Shown piece by piece: positions 62,864 through 64,000 of a DNA stretch of 64,000 nt; the stretch's first letter is position 1; the number at the start of each line of letters is the position of its first letter. This DNA is from an uncultured Acidobacteriota bacterium. GTDB taxonomy: Bacteria > Acidobacteriota > Thermoanaerobaculia > Multivoradales > UBA5704. Under the pieces are notes generated by a model. That model was not told where the DNA came from, ran no database searches, and worked only from the letters and a program-made list of their open reading frames with translations. The position numbers were made by a program, and so were the translations under genes. Where the stretch lies: contig OY969474.1 in assembly GCA_963700145.1 (NCBI GenBank), positions 1,216,001 through 1,280,000 on the forward strand, written 5' to 3'.

Positions 62864-62874
62864 CGCGGGGGAGT

Positions 62875-63873
62875 CTAGCTCCCCCAGCGCGCCGGGTAGC
62901 CGCGGGTGTCGACGTGCAGGTACGGTCCGTGGCTGGCGCCGCCGCGGTAGAACCCCAGCCCGCCGACGTACTCCGCCAAGGTCGGCAGCCCGTCGATCCC
63001 CTCGACGATGCGGCGCAGCGCCTCGGCGTCGCCGTTGCCCAGGCGGCCGTTGCCGTCGAGGTCGTCCATCCGGCCGTTGCCGTCCTGGTCGACGAAGAGG
63101 TCGGCGGCGTCGCCGTAGATGTGCCGGCTGTAGCGGCCGCGGCCGCGGGTGTGGTTGTGGTGCGGCGTGCGGTAGCCGCTCTGGATGCTCAGCGTGTCGG
63201 CGGGATGCCCCGAGGCGTTGACCGCCTCGACGATCATCTCGAGCTTGAGCAGCAGCCGCTCGCGCAGCGCCACGTACTTGGGGAAGCCGCCCTGCTGGCG
63301 GCAGAGGAACTGCGCCAGCGTGAAGTGCGGGGCGACGCGGGCGTCGCGCAGCTCCTCGGTGACCTCGATGAAGCCGCGCGGCGGCAGGTAGGAGGGGAGG
63401 TCGCGGAAGGGCTCGTCCGGGTAGTCGCCGAGGCGGTAGCCGTTGAGCTCGCCGCCGTTGGCCTGCGAGGCCGGCACCATGACGAAGACGTTGAGGGTCA
63501 GGGTGCGCCCGCTCGGCGCCTGGTGCACGATGAGCGGGTAGAGGCCGGTCGCCGCCGGCGCCGTCCAGCGCCAGGCCGCGGGCCCCGCCGGCTCGACCGC
63601 CGTCTCCCCCGGCGCCTCCAGCTCGTAGCTCCCGGCCGCCCGGTCGGCTTCGGCGACCGCCAGCGGCAGCACCTCGCCCGGCAGGACGAACACCCCGAGC
63701 AGCGTGTGGTGGGTCTCCTCGCCGTGGAAGCGGACCGAGAAGCCGGCCCGGTCGGGCTGCCAGCCGGCGAAGTAGGGACCGCGGGCGGTGGCGGCGCCGC
63801 CCCCGGCGAGGACGGCGAGCAGCAGGCAGGCGGCGAGCTGCGGGATCGGGGACGAGGGGCGTGCTTGGCGCAG
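62875..63873 (-). CDS. Peptidase M15A-like (D-Ala-D-Ala carboxypeptidase family) secreted metallohydrolase
   Basis: APHFTLAQF, SGYRTP, SRHIYGDAAD and LHVDTRG motifs; the frame is open upstream of 63693 through a signal peptide to a CTG at 63873 preceded by AGGAGG. Confidence 0.85.
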   Translation of the reverse strand: MRQARPSSPIPQLAACLLLAVLAGGGAATARGPYFAGWQPDRAGFSVRFHGEETHHTLLGVFVLPGEVLPLAVAEADRAAGSYELEAPGETAVEPAGPAAWRWTAPAATGLYPLIVHQAPSGRTLTLNVFVMVPASQANGGELNGYRLGDYPDEPFRDLPSYLPPRGFIEVTEELRDARVAPHFTLAQFLCRQQGGFPKYVALRERLLLKLEMIVEAVNASGHPADTLSIQSGYRTPHHNHTRGRGRYSRHIYGDAADLFVDQDGNGRMDDLDGNGRLGNGDAEALRRIVEGIDGLPTLAEYVGGLGFYRGGASHGPYLHVDTRGYPARWGS

Positions 63874-64000
63874 GCGATCCTCCTGGCACTCCGAGCCGGT
63901 GCCGCCAAGCGCGCGGCGGGCGCGGCACCCAAGGCTCCTGCGAAGGGGGGCCCCGGAGAGACCGGACCTCGCCGTGCTGACGGCTGTTCAGTTGTTCGAC

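Noticed and set aside
63880-64000. Possible c-di-AMP (ydaO) riboswitch upstream of the cell-wall peptidase
   Set aside because: Only generic GC hairpins; conserved ydaO motifs not recognisable and the region is truncated by the window edge.

Overview
Very GC-rich bacterial chromosome segment. Gene content (four acidobacterial-type VWA proteins, an ADOP-type duplicated ABC permease, a C-terminal 'PCRLxDTR' module) points to Acidobacteriota, probably Thermoanaerobaculia (inference). The backbone carries housekeeping and envelope genes (metG, tatD, ada, rnhA, lpxC, a desaturase, peptidases, carbonic anhydrase, TPM proteins). Four visibly AT-richer accessory patches interrupt it: (i) a repeat-containing putative nuclease running off the left edge; (ii) a TIR-iSTAND / MoxR / vWA-TM-OmpA ternary conflict operon; (iii) a TIR gene plus a VapBC toxin-antitoxin pair; (iv) an Mrr-like nuclease plus a STAND-TPR gene split by an IS256 element with an 8-bp target duplication. 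The most unusual backbone items are a receiver-domain-LpxC fusion, an MscS-FHA fusion coupled to a membrane pseudokinase, a tandem RNase HI with a degenerate second domain, and a stand-alone MshEN protein. Non-coding structure includes 20-bp and 21-bp tandem arrays, GTAG-type REP elements, three sigma54 motifs and several leaderless-type -10 boxes. No rRNA, tRNA or CRISPR array was recognised. All family assignments come from motif recognition by eye, not from database searches.
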